Source: Azolla caroliniana
Taxonomy: Eukaryota; Plantae; Polypodiophyta
DNA: 64,000 nucleotides
Assembly: GCA_043228905.1 (NCBI GenBank)
Contig: JBHGNT010000005.1
Location: 1,736,001 to 1,800,000, forward strand
Direction of reading: 5' to 3'
Shown here one piece after another: positions 14,041 through 26,915 of this stretch. A program made the position numbers and the translations under genes. A model generated the notes under the pieces. The model did no database searches. It had not been told where the DNA came from and saw only the letters and a list, made by a program, of their open reading frames with translations. Within the stretch, counting starts at the first letter, position 1, and every line of letters starts with the position of its first letter.

Positions 14041-15646
14041 AACCTACTCCATGAAAGCGCTCCTCTCCCTGTCTCCCTTTCTCTACGCAGACACAGTGTG
14101 TCATGTTTGCAAGTTACATACAAGACCTAACGCTCTGAACCGTGTGTTTGTGACGCCAGAAGAGAAGGACGAATGGAATGTTATGAATGACGCTTGATCC
14201 AATCGAACACTTTCTTCTTCCTCCTCCCTTTTTATCATTACTTTTTTGAACTCTTCAACTTAACATGGCTGGAGCACACAGATCTGAAATTGCTCTCGCT
14301 TGCGATGAAGCTGAAAACGCACTCAGGTTTTTATACTCTCTCTCTCTCTCTCTCTCCCTCCCAAACAAAATCATATGATCCTTTATCTTTAAGTAATGAA
14401 TTTATTGCCACTATGCGAGCAGTTGAAATCGATTTTTGAGAACAAGAAATTGAATGATTTGATTTCAGAGTATATATATAGTTAGACAGTAGAGTAAGAG
14501 CTGTATTCTTTACTGTCAAATATTCTCAGAACAAATTTTATACACACTGTATCACTTTTCTTTTGATTGATGAATTTCTATGATCGAGAGCATTTGTTTA
14601 ATAAAAGAAAAAAATCTAGGAATTTCTCCTCTCCCATAGGGGATGAATTTTACGAATTTCCAGTATTCAAGCAATCGGGTGATTTTCTGGAAATTAATTG
14701 ATATGGTTGCAGAGCATAGTGATCAGATGAGGATTCTTCTAGCAAAAATGACATTCTATTCCCATACCAAAACTTTGAGTGAAAATAATCCTTCGCCTTT
14801 GAGTGATGAATTTCTCTATGGAAGCAACTGGACAGTTTTTTGAGAATCCTTTTCGACTGATTTTGGGTTCAGAGCATATATATTTCTTTGTGTAACCAGG
14901 GATTAGCCAATTGAGCCAAAATTGTATGTGCATTCTGTTCATTTTGCACATGTGATGAGAAAAAACCCATCCGTCATGGCTTATGTGGCACGTTTTGTAG
15001 ATATTTTCACATCAAAACTTGTATGTCCTGATCAAGCTATTGGGTACAGATAAGACTTATAGGCGGAGAACATTCTGAACTAGTTGTGCAAGAATTGATA
15101 TAAATATGGATGATGGTTACATTTATTGTGCTGTCTGAATCAAGCTTGGTTTCATTCCTTTGGTTAAATTTAAATGACACGATGATAAAGAGATGGTCGA
15201 AGAGTGATTTTCCTAGGTTCCATTGAAAATCATGATAAAGGAGTAGATATAGCATTCATTCTCTTCTTCCGTGCAATTTCTTGGCTTGTTGTGAGCATAA
15301 TTTGTGCAATTAATATAACCTCTCTTTGAATTTTTTTGGCTCTTTGTGAGTACCTTCATTTTCTCACCTTTTTATCACATGTATAATGTGACAACCATAT
15401 GCAATGGGAGCTAGTTTTTGTTCTCGTCCTGTTTTTCCCTCATTATACAGGAAGGCATCTATACACATGTCATTTATTTATTTTTGCTATGTCTCTATAC
15501 ATGTTCATATTCAGAGGGGAAGTATCTCCCTTTCCTGGCATAGTAGTGTGTATTTTTTAATTTTATACAAGAAATCCATAGATAGATGGTTTTTCAAGAA
15601 TAATAATAATAGGAGGATTGCCTTAAATAATGCGAATTTCTGGCAG

Positions 15647-18600
15647 GCTTTTCCTTCAAGGGAAGTTTGATGAAGCAGAGAGCTTCATTGAAGAAAGGTC
15701 CAGGACAAGGGATTCTGTTTCTGGTTCTGTTCCTATCTTCACTCATTGTCATGCTGTTATTCTCTTTGCAAAAGCAGGGATTACAGGCACAGAGGAGGAT
15801 AGGTAGATAATAGTTGTTTTTTTGTGTACTTTGTATGATGCAAGAAACAAAAATGAATGGCGCATGTTGAGATATTATTTTTCATGAGTCAGCTGTTGAA
15901 ATGCAGAAAACAAGCAATAGAAAGGTTGCAATATGCAGCAAACTTAGCTGGAGAGCATATACCTAAAAAAGGATGGGCACAAAGCATTGCTTCTTGGGGA
16001 ATGGGCTATTTTGTATCACAGTCCCCTACACCATGTATTTCTGAAAAGGAGCTTAGCTGGTAATAATTACAGATTTCCTTTCCCCATTTTCTTGTTTTCT
16101 AATTCAAGCTCTATTGGTCCATTTTTCATTCATCATGTGGTTTTTAAAGTTTCCTTTCATTGTGCTAGAAAGATATCTATGGCATTGGCTAAAAAGAGGA
16201 ATACTGAATTAATGGTCGCAGTCCTGTATAGACTTTTAAGGGAGTTCAGTTCTTAAGCTATTTTACAAGGTTCCAAATTGTTTTCTATGAATTGTTCTGT
16301 GTAATGCTGTTTTCTTCTAAGTTCTATTAATGCTAATTTAATTACAAAAGATCTACATTAGTTGCAGTCCTATATAGACATTTAAGGAAGTTCAGCTCTT
16401 AAGCTATTTTACAAGGTTTTAAATCGTTTTCTATGAATTGTTCTGTGTAACTGTTTTCTTCTAAATTTTATTAATGCTAACTTAATTACAAAATACTCGC
16501 TTTCTTTTAAGTTTATCTAGAATCGAGAGTTGTCTGTAGTACATACTCTGCAATATTCAGTGAAACATGGATGAGAGCTAATTATAAACAAATTTTGAAA
16601 ATGATACGAGAAATTTGAATCTGACATCATGTACATCATCGCCGTGTTTTGATGGTTGTGGTTTCATTTTCAAAAATCTGGTACTCTCTTTCTGATTTTA
16701 TCAGACTCTATGTTTGGAGGATATTCTGTTTTCACTTTATAGATGTCATTTTATTGGTATAAATTATTATATGCTACCTACCCAGGGGTTTGTATAGTTG
16801 CCATCTCCCCATCTTGTTTTATTTTATTTTGCTGATTCTTCGTCACTGTTCAGCCGGATTATTGAAGCAGAGTCTACATATCTTTCTGCTCTACTTTGTT
16901 TCTTTGAAGAATCATTAGCAGCATTTTTCAAGGTCATATTCTCATCTGTTTACCTCAAAGTTTAATCATAGTACATTTTTTATTCAGTTCATCAAATTCT
17001 CATTTTCTGTTATTTGTCATTCCTCAAAGATCAGGCAGCTTTGTTGATTCGGAAAGCAATTCGTGGATACAAACACTGTAACAACATACTACAAAGCAAT
17101 GTAGCTAACTTGATATCATCCTTGTATAAGTGGTGAAATTTCAGACACTTTCTAAAGTTTAATCCAGCTTGTTATGTATGTACATGAACAGGGGCGGTCT
17201 ATTGCAAGTGAACATGATACTGGTGCAGTTAAACTAGGTTTTGGTGGCTTCAGCTTGGCTATTTCAATGCTTCCCCCAAAGTTGTTACGTTTATTATCAG
17301 TGCTAGGTTTCCCTAGTGATCGAAAAGCAGGGCTCAGTGCAATTGATGAGGCTCTTCACGGTGGTGGCCTTCGAGCTTCAGTGTCTGGCGTGTAGGTTGT
17401 CCAGTGTTACATTATCTAGTCATGCTTTATTGCATTTATACCCACTAAAAACATATCTATGAAGTTAAAAGTCCTGACTTTTTTCTGAGATGCTATTTCC
17501 CCCTTTGTACAGCTTGCTGTTATCGTACCATGTCATCTTACCAGCCTTTTTCTCCATTCCTCAGGTAAGTTTTTAAGAACTATCATTCATTTGTCTCTTT
17601 TTGGGTATATTATACATCTGGCCATGCAACTTTCCTTCTCACTTAAAATTTTCTTGTGATAGAAGGTGAGAGTTTCGACACATGGCACTCTTTGACATGT
17701 GATTGGCCTATTTCCAATCATCATTCGTAGTCAAACTGAGGGTCATCTCTCCCCAGTAAAAAATTCCTCTTTTGTTATTTAACTGATGCGAGGAATGCTA
17801 ATAGGGAACTACCTTCTAGTTGCAAAACAAACTCACAAGAGAAATCACTAGATTCTGCTGCTAGAATACCACAGTGATTTATTACTTGTTCATCGCATGG
17901 TGTTTCTCGATTATATAACTAAGGCTCTTGGTGACAGCTGTTGTATGGTCTATGCGTTTGTATTTCCCTCAGAATTGGGTCACACAGCAGTTGTAAAGGA
18001 TTTCTGTACATGCAATATACAAACCATAAAGAGAAATTTCTGTACATGCAATATACAGACCAGAAAGAAAATTTCTCTGATAAAAACTGAGAATACCACA
18101 GTGATTCTGCTGCCAGAATACCACAGTGATTTATTACTTGTTCATTGCATGGTATTTCTCGATGATATAACTAAGGCTCTTGGTGACAGCTGTTGTATGG
18201 TCTATGCATTTGTATTTCCCTCAGAATTGGGTCACACAGCAGTTGTAAAGGATTTCTGTACATGCAATATACAAACCAGAAAGAAAATTTCTCTGATAAA
18301 AACTGAGAATACCACAGTGATTCTGCTGCCAGAATACCACAGTGATTTATTACTTGTTCATTTCATGGTATTTCTCGATGATATAACTAAGGCTCTTGGT
18401 GACAGCTGTTGTATGGTCTATGCGTTTGTATTTCCCTCAGAATTGGGTCACACAGCAGTTATAAAGGATTTCTGTACATGCAATATACAAACCATAAAGA
18501 GAAATTTCTCTGATAAAAACTGGGAAATTTTATGCCACCAAACAGTTGAAGCATAGATAAAACAGTGGTGATATAGTGGAGAAACTGAAACAAGCGAACC

Positions 18601-21600
18601 ATCAGAAATAGGCCACTTGGCAATTTTGGTGGTTTTGGGGTCCTATTATATACCCCTGTTTTAAGCCTTTGTTTGAAGATGAACTAAGACAAAATATGTA
18701 ACAACATGAGTGGGGGTTTGACACCTCCTCAGTTGTCTATGCAGGCACAAGAAAGGGGATAAGTCTGAAAGTGTTGACTAACGAAGAATGAGAAACAACA
18801 CCATCAGTTGTAAAATATTCTGCATAAAAAATATCATGACATTTTCTGTAAGCAATATGCATGACCCCTGGACCCTGAGGAAGCTCGACATCCATAAAGG
18901 AAATTCTATCTGCCATAGAAAAGGGTGGAAACCAACTTAGAAACCCTCTTAGAACATGGACAGGAGGGTGGAGGTCTTACTAAGAATCCCCCTCAGAATT
19001 GGTATAAGAATGCGGAATGTGTGATTAAACTATCCATAGAACTTGGGTACAAGAGAGCAGATTGTGTAATCGAATCCTTCTAGAATTTACTACTAAATAG
19101 GTACTGCTCTATATAGGTTTCAAGTTTGGCAGGGATGTGCTGAGCCATGATAGTATTCACATTCCTCTTACATTCTCCTGAAGAGGATGCCCACATTCTT
19201 TTTTAATTTTTTTGTTGGGACAGTAATACTTCTGGATGAATTCTTTTATCTATTTTACTTCTGTCCCTCCTATTTTACTTCTTCATCAGGTTGTTCCTCC
19301 TCCTTGGCTAGATGGTTTTGGTTGAGCTATTCTTCCACCTCTTTTTTGGCCGACTCTTTGTGTGTTGTTATAACTTCGAGGCAAGCATACCATTTAACCA
19401 GTCATGGTTCTAGTGTTGACTTTTCGCGATTGCATCATATCTTCTCTCAGCTAGACAACATTTGGTGATTGTATTTTCAAGGCTTTGTTCAGTTTTGGTT
19501 ATTGCACTTGTGCCCGTTAGTTGACCGCGTTTCCAGTTAACGTTCCTTGTTATTGCAAACAACACCCTATTCATTCATTCGTTCGATCGGGGAATAAATT
19601 GCCCGCCCTTCATGCTGAATCCGCGTGTCGGCGTGTGGAAATCGCAGTGGCCTAATCATTCGTATGGTAATTTGAGGAAGAAATAAATCTAACTTCAGTT
19701 TGTTGGCACTTTCTTTTCTAGTCAAGGGGCGTCTTTTTTCTGTCAGCATGTACCTCATTCAGAATTAGACCACATGGCAATTCAGAGGGACTTCCTGGAC
19801 AGTTAATATAACCTGTATTTAAAAATACAAAAGAAAAACCAAGAAGAAAATGGGACGAAAACAGAGAAGAAGTAAAAGCACATATCGGGGAATTTATTAC
19901 CATCTGAGCCATGCTTTTTATTGTCTGTTGTATTTTGTATGGGTTGTCATCAGCTCTTTTGCTATTCCATATTATTTGAAGGTTCAGGATTTCTGTCCTT
20001 ATTAAGTACAAGAGGCCAAATATTGAAAACCTTTATCTATTGAGTACCTATAAGTTTTTTAGGAAAATTCTCAAAAAAACAAACTTGATTGGCATTTGTT
20101 TTCTTTTAACCTGTATTGTATGTTTAGTGAATATAAAATTTGTTTTTTGGCACTATTAATAATGAAAACGCATCCAGGAAATGTAATTTCCTCATCATCA
20201 TCAGTGCAGTGAAAGATGCGCGATTTTGGGCCACCTTTTAGTTATAAAAGGTGATTTGTAATAATTAGATTACAGCCCTAAATTAGTGCTATATTTTATA
20301 TTTTTAAGAATGTATAATCATCTTAATTATGACAGTAGGTAGATGTCCATTTTGGACAATTAGCCCCTAATTATTGTTACTTCAACATTTTATTCTCATA
20401 TTCAGCCTTTATCTTATTTGTAGTTCATGAACGGTTGAATATGTAAGTTCCATAAACAAGTGTGCATACATACATAATTCGTGTTTTTTTCTAAATCAGT
20501 TTATGTTTGAACTGAAATTTGTTATTGATCAGGAGCGTCAGCAGCATGTACAGTCTGCTGAAAGAGTTCTCTCAGTGCTTGATGAAAATTATCCAGACAG
20601 CTTTTTTTTGAGGTGCCTACAAAAATGCTTGCTTGTTTTTAGTTATGACATAAGATGGATAATATAAACACTTCTACCAGCATTGTTACTAACCACATGA
20701 TTTATTAATGGATCCATAGTCAAGTCAATTATCGTTTGGGATTTTGCAGTTTCTACAGAGGACGTTTGCAACGTCTCAAAGGAGATTTGGATGGATCTGT
20801 TCTGTACTTTTTGAGGCTAGATGAGGTAAAGGATGTGTCGAGTTTTTCAAACTTTGGTGCCATTGCATCCTACCCTTGATTTAAAATAGTGTGCATGCTT
20901 AACTCTATGATTCTTGTAGGGTTTGCACCTTCCCGAGGAGTCAAAATTCTTCAAATTGCGACATGCTTGGATTTATGAACTAGGTGTAAGCTACATGCTA
21001 CAACTCAAAGTGAGTAAAGTGAAGCTATTGCCAATATTCTTCAGTTTGCAAAACTTATGTTATTGGAGAGCTTTCGAATTCAAGAAATGTTTCTAAGTGT
21101 ATGGAGTTTTAAATAAATCAAAAGATTGTGATTAGTATCTCATATAAAACAGTGGAAAGATGCCCAAAGATGTTGGGAAGAGCTGGAGAAAGACAGTGTG
21201 TGGTCTCGAGCATTTTTTGCTTACATGCATGTGAGTAACTTGAAGCCCTCTAGTAATTTATGTTGCTGAAGAGTGATCAGGTTGTAATCATTTCCTATCA
21301 TGAACATTTTAAAGGCTTAGGCATAGTAGTTCATGTCTTCGTCTTTATCCCTACTCGATTCAGATGAATACTTTTGCAGGGCGTTTCCCTCTCTATGCAA
21401 GGACTATCAAGTGATGCTGCTGAGGAGTTCGGTAAGGTCCGTGGTTAGGTTTCATATTAAATTTATTATCTGATAATTTTATTGGAAGTGTATGCAGTGG
21501 TCAGTGATTTAATACTGGTCTAGAACTGGTGTTATCTATGGGTTTTGGCTTCAGGTTCAAGGGCTAATGAGAGGAACAATGTCTGGGCGAGTCTTGGCAG

Positions 21601-24171
21601 AAGAACAATATGTTTCAAGGAAGGTATAGAAAGGAGAGGAAGCTTTGCGCACTTTTTTTGGATTCAAACCATCTGTTTTCCTAGCTATCTGATGGTGAAA
21701 TAAAGTGAAGGAACTGGAAAAGGCCAAAGTGCCATATGGAACTAAACTACTTATAGTGATCTGAAGGGCCTCCATTTCCCCTCTTCTCAGGCCCCAAAAA
21801 AAGCCACACATAATGTGTATTTATATAAATGCATTGATCTGGGGCTTATGAATGCACTATAGAATATGCAAATGAAGATGGTAAAAATCTGGAATTCTTT
21901 TTTTCCAATTTCAGGTGAAAGATCATTGTCTTGATAGAGAGGAGGGAGTAAAGAGTTTTCAAGGTTCCATCAGTGGGATAGAGTTTCTTTATTTGTGGAA
22001 TTCGTTTCCTCAGGTATTTCATTCTTATGATTTGTTGATCTTTTCACTTAACAATTGGCAACGGTCTGGTTTGGTTCGAGAGTGTCCAAACCGAACCGTT
22101 TAAAATTTTTGAAACCTGAATCGAACCGAACCGAACCACAAAACTGTTTAAACTGAAACCGTTAGGTAAAAATCCAAACCGTTAAACCATTAAATCGCTA
22201 AAACTGCGGTTTCATGGTTCGGTTTCGGTTTTCAACTTAGGTCAAAATTCAAAATTTAAAATTTTAAAGATTTTTCCTAAAATGTGAGAATTAGGCTTAA
22301 AAAGGAAAAGGTTGTTTTAAAATTTTATTTTTTTTTAAAAACAATCAAACCGTTAAGCCATTAAGCTGTGGTTTCGTGGTTCGGTTCAAACTGAACCTTT
22401 GCTGATTGTTATTTTCACTATTACTTATTACTCTAATTCTCTAATCACTTCTTGTTTGCCACCTCTAGATGCCTCCAGGTGAACTTGAAAAAGTCATACA
22501 AATAATCGATGATGCAGAAACAATGTATTGTAAATCAGATGAATCCAAAGAAGGGGATTCACAAACTGAACCTCAAACGTCATGGCTAGTTAGTGCAGAC
22601 GAGGAGGTGGGTGAATATAGTCTAGTAGTTCTATGTGCTTGCTCATCAAGAGTAGAAATTATTCATGTTTTTTCTATACTAAACCAGGAAGTAGAAACAG
22701 AAGATAATTTTGCTGTCGGTAACTTAATTAAGGGTACCGCACTTCGAGAACTTGGGCGCCTTGATGCTGCATCTGAATGTCTTGGAAGAGTAAGGTAACA
22801 TTGGCCAATATTCATTTAATAGAATAAGGTAATGTTAATTTCTCAAAAGAATAGGATAATAATATTCATGTCTTTGAAGAGTAAGTTAGGGGTGGGTTGC
22901 CATAGAAAAATAATGCAATGTTCAGTTTAATATTCGTGCCTTCGAAGACTAAGATAAATATTTGGGTCTTGGGAAGACTAAGGTTAAGGTTAATGATTGT
23001 GTCTTGGAGAACTGAGGTAATGTTGGTTAATATTTATTTCATATTTGAAGTGATGGTTATATGGTTTCATATGCGAGGGGGAATACAGGGAGGAGTCATG
23101 CTATGTTGAGACTGAACTGTTTGTATATCCTATGGCGGCGTATGAACGTGCCCTTCTGTTGATATGCCAACACACAACCCGGACGCCAGATCCACAGAAA
23201 CCTCTGAATTTTGACTTCCTTATAGAGGTAGGTGGGTTGTCAGAGAGTGGTTTCTTGGGCTATACTTTTCTATTGTTGAGATTTTTTATTTTTATTTACA
23301 GGCCAAAAAAGAGCTTGCAATAGCAGAAGGATTTAAACAAGATTACAATTTTTTGTGGCGACTTCTCGGAAGGGTACATGCAGCACGTGCTGCTATTCAA
23401 GGTCTAATGGGTGAAGAGGTAAAGTAGGTTTTGGATATTAGAAATTATGATAATACTACAAGATCAATTTCACAAGAAATGTTCTATGATTGTGATGTTT
23501 TCCCTTTATATTGGCAGTCGAGCTTCATTTAGTACTTAAATGAGTCAGTCATTAGAGATGTTCTGTAAAAGAAGTTTTCCCTCAGTAATTTGTATTTGAT
23601 AGGAATATATGTTTATGTGACTCTAATTTAGAGTTGAAGTTGAAAATATCTGTTTATTGTAGTTGATCCATCACTGTTAGCTTTTCATGAATAATTAACT
23701 CTTTTAGAGAAGTAGGGCTAAATGTAAGCCCACTTGTCAATATGCATACAACATGATTTCTTCGGCAGATTTGTTGAAGCCTTCTAAATTTGTGATAATA
23801 GAAAAAGAACATTTGTAAAGATTACTGTGAAGTTCAGTTCTTTCCTAATAGTTATAAAAGCTTTAGAGAAGATTAGACCAAACATTTCTTAATGAAAATG
23901 GCTCTGGTCAAATAAATTATGTTTCTTTGATCATTATCTAGCAGATGTTTCTTTCTTGCTGCATTTAGTTTGTCTCTAATGTGTCTATTTGTCTTGATAT
24001 GGTCAGCCAAGTGGAAATACAGAGAAATCACTGACGGAAGATGAAAGTTTCAATGGCCAATGGGACGAGGATGAGGAAGAAGAGGAAACAATGAACAAAA
24101 AGATCAATCCTCCTGTCTTAAATGGACTTAATGGACTCATGGAAAGTGAAAATTTGGTATCGAGGAGTTGA
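15647..24171 (+). CDS. TTC39 / IML2 (DUF3808) family tetratricopeptide-repeat protein, about 18 exons, start exon not resolved
   Basis: Spliced exons give AFLQGKFDEAE, IIEAESTYLSALL..ESLAAFFK, AALLIRKA, GAVKLGFGGFSLAISMLPPKLLRLLSVLGFPSDRKAGL, LLLSYH, WSRAFFAYM, GIEFLYLWNSF, LIKGTALRELG, YPMAAYERALL and QDYNFLWRL. These are hallmark TTC39/Iml2 blocks. Stop at 23427 if unspliced, or at 24171 via a terminal exon 24007-24171. Confidence 0.85.
17655..19470 (-). mobile_element. Truncated LTR retroelement remnant in a TTC39 intron (LTR about 17655-18723)
   Basis: On the minus strand, the purine tract GAGGAGG is followed by TGTCAAACCCC (18723), and the unit ends CTATCACA (17655). Decayed internal-like sequence extends to about 19470. 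No partner LTR or TSD found. Confidence 0.5.
17851..18520. repeat. Tandem repeat, about 3 copies of a 216-250 bp unit
   Basis: GATTCTGCTG(C)..AGAATACCACAGTGATTTATTACTTG recurs at about 17852, 18102 and 18319. Confidence 0.95.
22064..22398. mobile_element. MITE-like element with AACCG/CGGTT subterminal repeats (intronic)
   Basis: Clusters of AACCGAACCG on the left and GGTTCGGTT on the right, typical of non-autonomous plant hAT-like elements. Confidence 0.6.
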
Positions 24172-26268
24172 AAGATCGAAATCATTGTGATGAATCTTTT
24201 GGAAACCATCCTTGTTCACACAGCCAGATTGTGGTTGAATTCTGTATATCTCAGCCAGGCTCTAAAAGTCTTATAATCCAATGGCAAGGAAGCAAATGGA
24301 TCTTAGCATATACATACATATATATTACTGTATTCTAAAATGTAATTATATTGGGAAAGGGCTCTTCATTTTCTTCTAAACCATGTCGTTATTTCTGGAC
24401 ATGATTCTGGGTTATTTATAGCAAACGCTTTTCCATCATATCTGTTCAGTTTCACGACATGGTTGCTACACAGATCAAAAGAATCAAAGCGAAATAATTG
24501 TTCATGTTATATTATAGCTTTTATATTTGCAGTAAGGGAAGAGTTTGGTTTGGTGATTCAATTCAATGAACACGTTTGATCTTTATGACAAGAGCAAATC
24601 TAAAATTAGGTTGTGGCTGATGCAAATGTTTTCCAATGAAAAAGCATGGGGAGAGTATGTGATCAATCAAACTGAAAGATTGAATCAGATGTATTTGAAA
24701 GAGATGCTTCGAGTGTGTTTGTTTGTAACATTGGGAAGAAACAGTTATTGTATGTTTAAACAAGTGAAAGAAGACACTTTTGAGCATGAATGCTTATTGT
24801 AAGCAGTGGAAGTGGGAGAGGTTTTGCCGACATTTGAAAGTTTGCAATGGTATTACTGAACCGCCAATTTATTTAACTTTCTCCTAATAATTCGCTCAAG
24901 AAGTATGCACTTGATCTTCAGAACATCAGATCACCTGAAACATGTTTTTGTAACTCTATGCATTCAATTCAATCCTCCAAAACTCTGATTTGCTTTCTGA
25001 AGCCTTCCAATTCCACAAGCAGTTCAGTGGGTGAGCAAGAGACTACAATATTGCAAATGCAATGGTACCTATATCCCTTCATAAGTGAAATAATTACTGA
25101 TCACTACCCCAACAACTGATTAAAGTGTTAGCATTTCAAATGTGCAAAAGCTTCCTAAGTCTGTCAGTTCATTAAGGTACAAAATGTAGGTAAAATGTTA
25201 ACACTGCAATGACGTAGAAATAATTAGCAACGAATCAAGCGGGGATAAGTAACGAAGCATGCTATGTTTAATTAACCTTAGAATTATCATCATAAGATTT
25301 CAAACTCATTAGTAATTAGCATAGGAAGTTTAAATATCAAACATGAGACATTAAATTAAGCAGTAGTGATACATAGTAGGCTACAGCACAGCCATAGCTC
25401 AAAATAGATGTGAGGAACAAATAATGAGAGATTCACCGGAGATTAAATAGGAGACATGGAGAATATGCATTTAGCATATATCTTTGTATAATGTTTTCTT
25501 GCCCTCAAAATTGCAATGTTATCTCTCTGGAATCTAATAATGACACAACAGTGTTATTAATCTCACAAATCTCCAGTAAAACAAATACAAATTAGGTACA
25601 TGAATTTCTAAGAGAGCATTCTATAAAATTTGATCATCATGATCTTGCCCCAAGCGCCTCGTCTTAAAAGACTTTTCACCTGATTAACATATTAAAAAGA
25701 AAATGGAAGGGATAAGCTAAAGATTAAAACAAGATTGAAGAAATAGAAGAAATGCAGGAATCATGTTCAACTTGTGTAGAAAAACTATCACCAACTCAGA
25801 TATATTACACAGGTTGAAAATTAAATGTTCTTATCATGCAATAATCTAATTGTACACCAACTAGCTGAAGGCAAAAATGCCCTATGTATGAGATTTCATG
25901 ATACGCTTAAGACAACCATCTTAATTTCCCTTTCTCCATGAGTGTATAGATACATCCAAAACAAGGATCGTAACTTCTAAAATGTAGGACACCCTTTACG
26001 GATCTCAATGCCCAAAATTTCCTCCACTTTAGTTTTAAGAATCCTTGATCTTTGAAATGATGCATATTATTTTTTAAGCTCCAGGCAGTAGAAAGAATAT
26101 CTTATGGAACCCTTAAAACTGAGACAATTCACCTTGAAAAAATCGCTTACCACTGAAGTTTACGGTATCTTCATCGATATTCTCAAACTGGCCCTTCACA
26201 TAGTCATAATGGATAAATAAAAGATACAGTGTGTGCATAGGCCTTCAGATGATAAGAAGGGTACATGA

Positions 26269-26778
26269 CGGTAGACAACATAAAGAATATTCACTGTTGC
26301 CAATATAAGGTTATTCATGAAACATAGCATACATTCTTGAAGTTCCAAATTTGAATATGGACTGTCGAATTGGTCTAGCTACCCAGGATTATCTATATAT
26401 CATTTATATTTTTATATAGTCTTGCAACCTTTGGAAAATGCTGGCCTTCATTTGAAATCAAGTGGGCTTCAAATTTAAAAGAATTTATCAATGTGTACAA
26501 GATTTTAGATGGGCCGTCAGACAATAAAAAGGGTGCATGCCGGTAGACAACATAAAGAATATTCACTGTTGCCAATATAAGGTTTCACATGAAACATAGC
26601 ATACATTCTTGAAGTTTCAAATTTGAATATGGACAGTCGAATTGGTCTAGCTACCCATGATTATCTATATATCATTTATATTTTTATATAGGCTTGCAAC
26701 CTTTGGAAAATGCTGGCCTTCACTTGAAATCAAGTGGGCTCAAATTTTAAAGAATTGATCAATGTGTACAAGATTTTC
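26269..26778. repeat. Direct tandem duplication, ~272-bp unit
   Basis: CGGTAGACAACATAAAGAATATTCACTG at 26269 and 26541, with near-identical continuation. Confidence 0.95.
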
Positions 26779-26915
26779 GGTTATAGCATGCATATTACGA
26801 AAAGCAGTCTCGCGTTCAAATTATTGTGGTTATTTTTTCATCTTAGATACAGTCCTAGATGCAGTAAAATACATGATGGATACATAATTCAATTGAAATT
26901 TTAGTTAGGTACATT

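Noticed and set aside
17851-18520. CRISPR-like regular repeats
   Set aside because: Units are over 200 bp with no unique spacers, there are no cas genes, and the context is eukaryotic.
17897-18556. 219-aa ORF made of three repeated peptides
   Set aside because: By-product of the tandem repeat within an intronic LTR-like fragment; no protein-family features.
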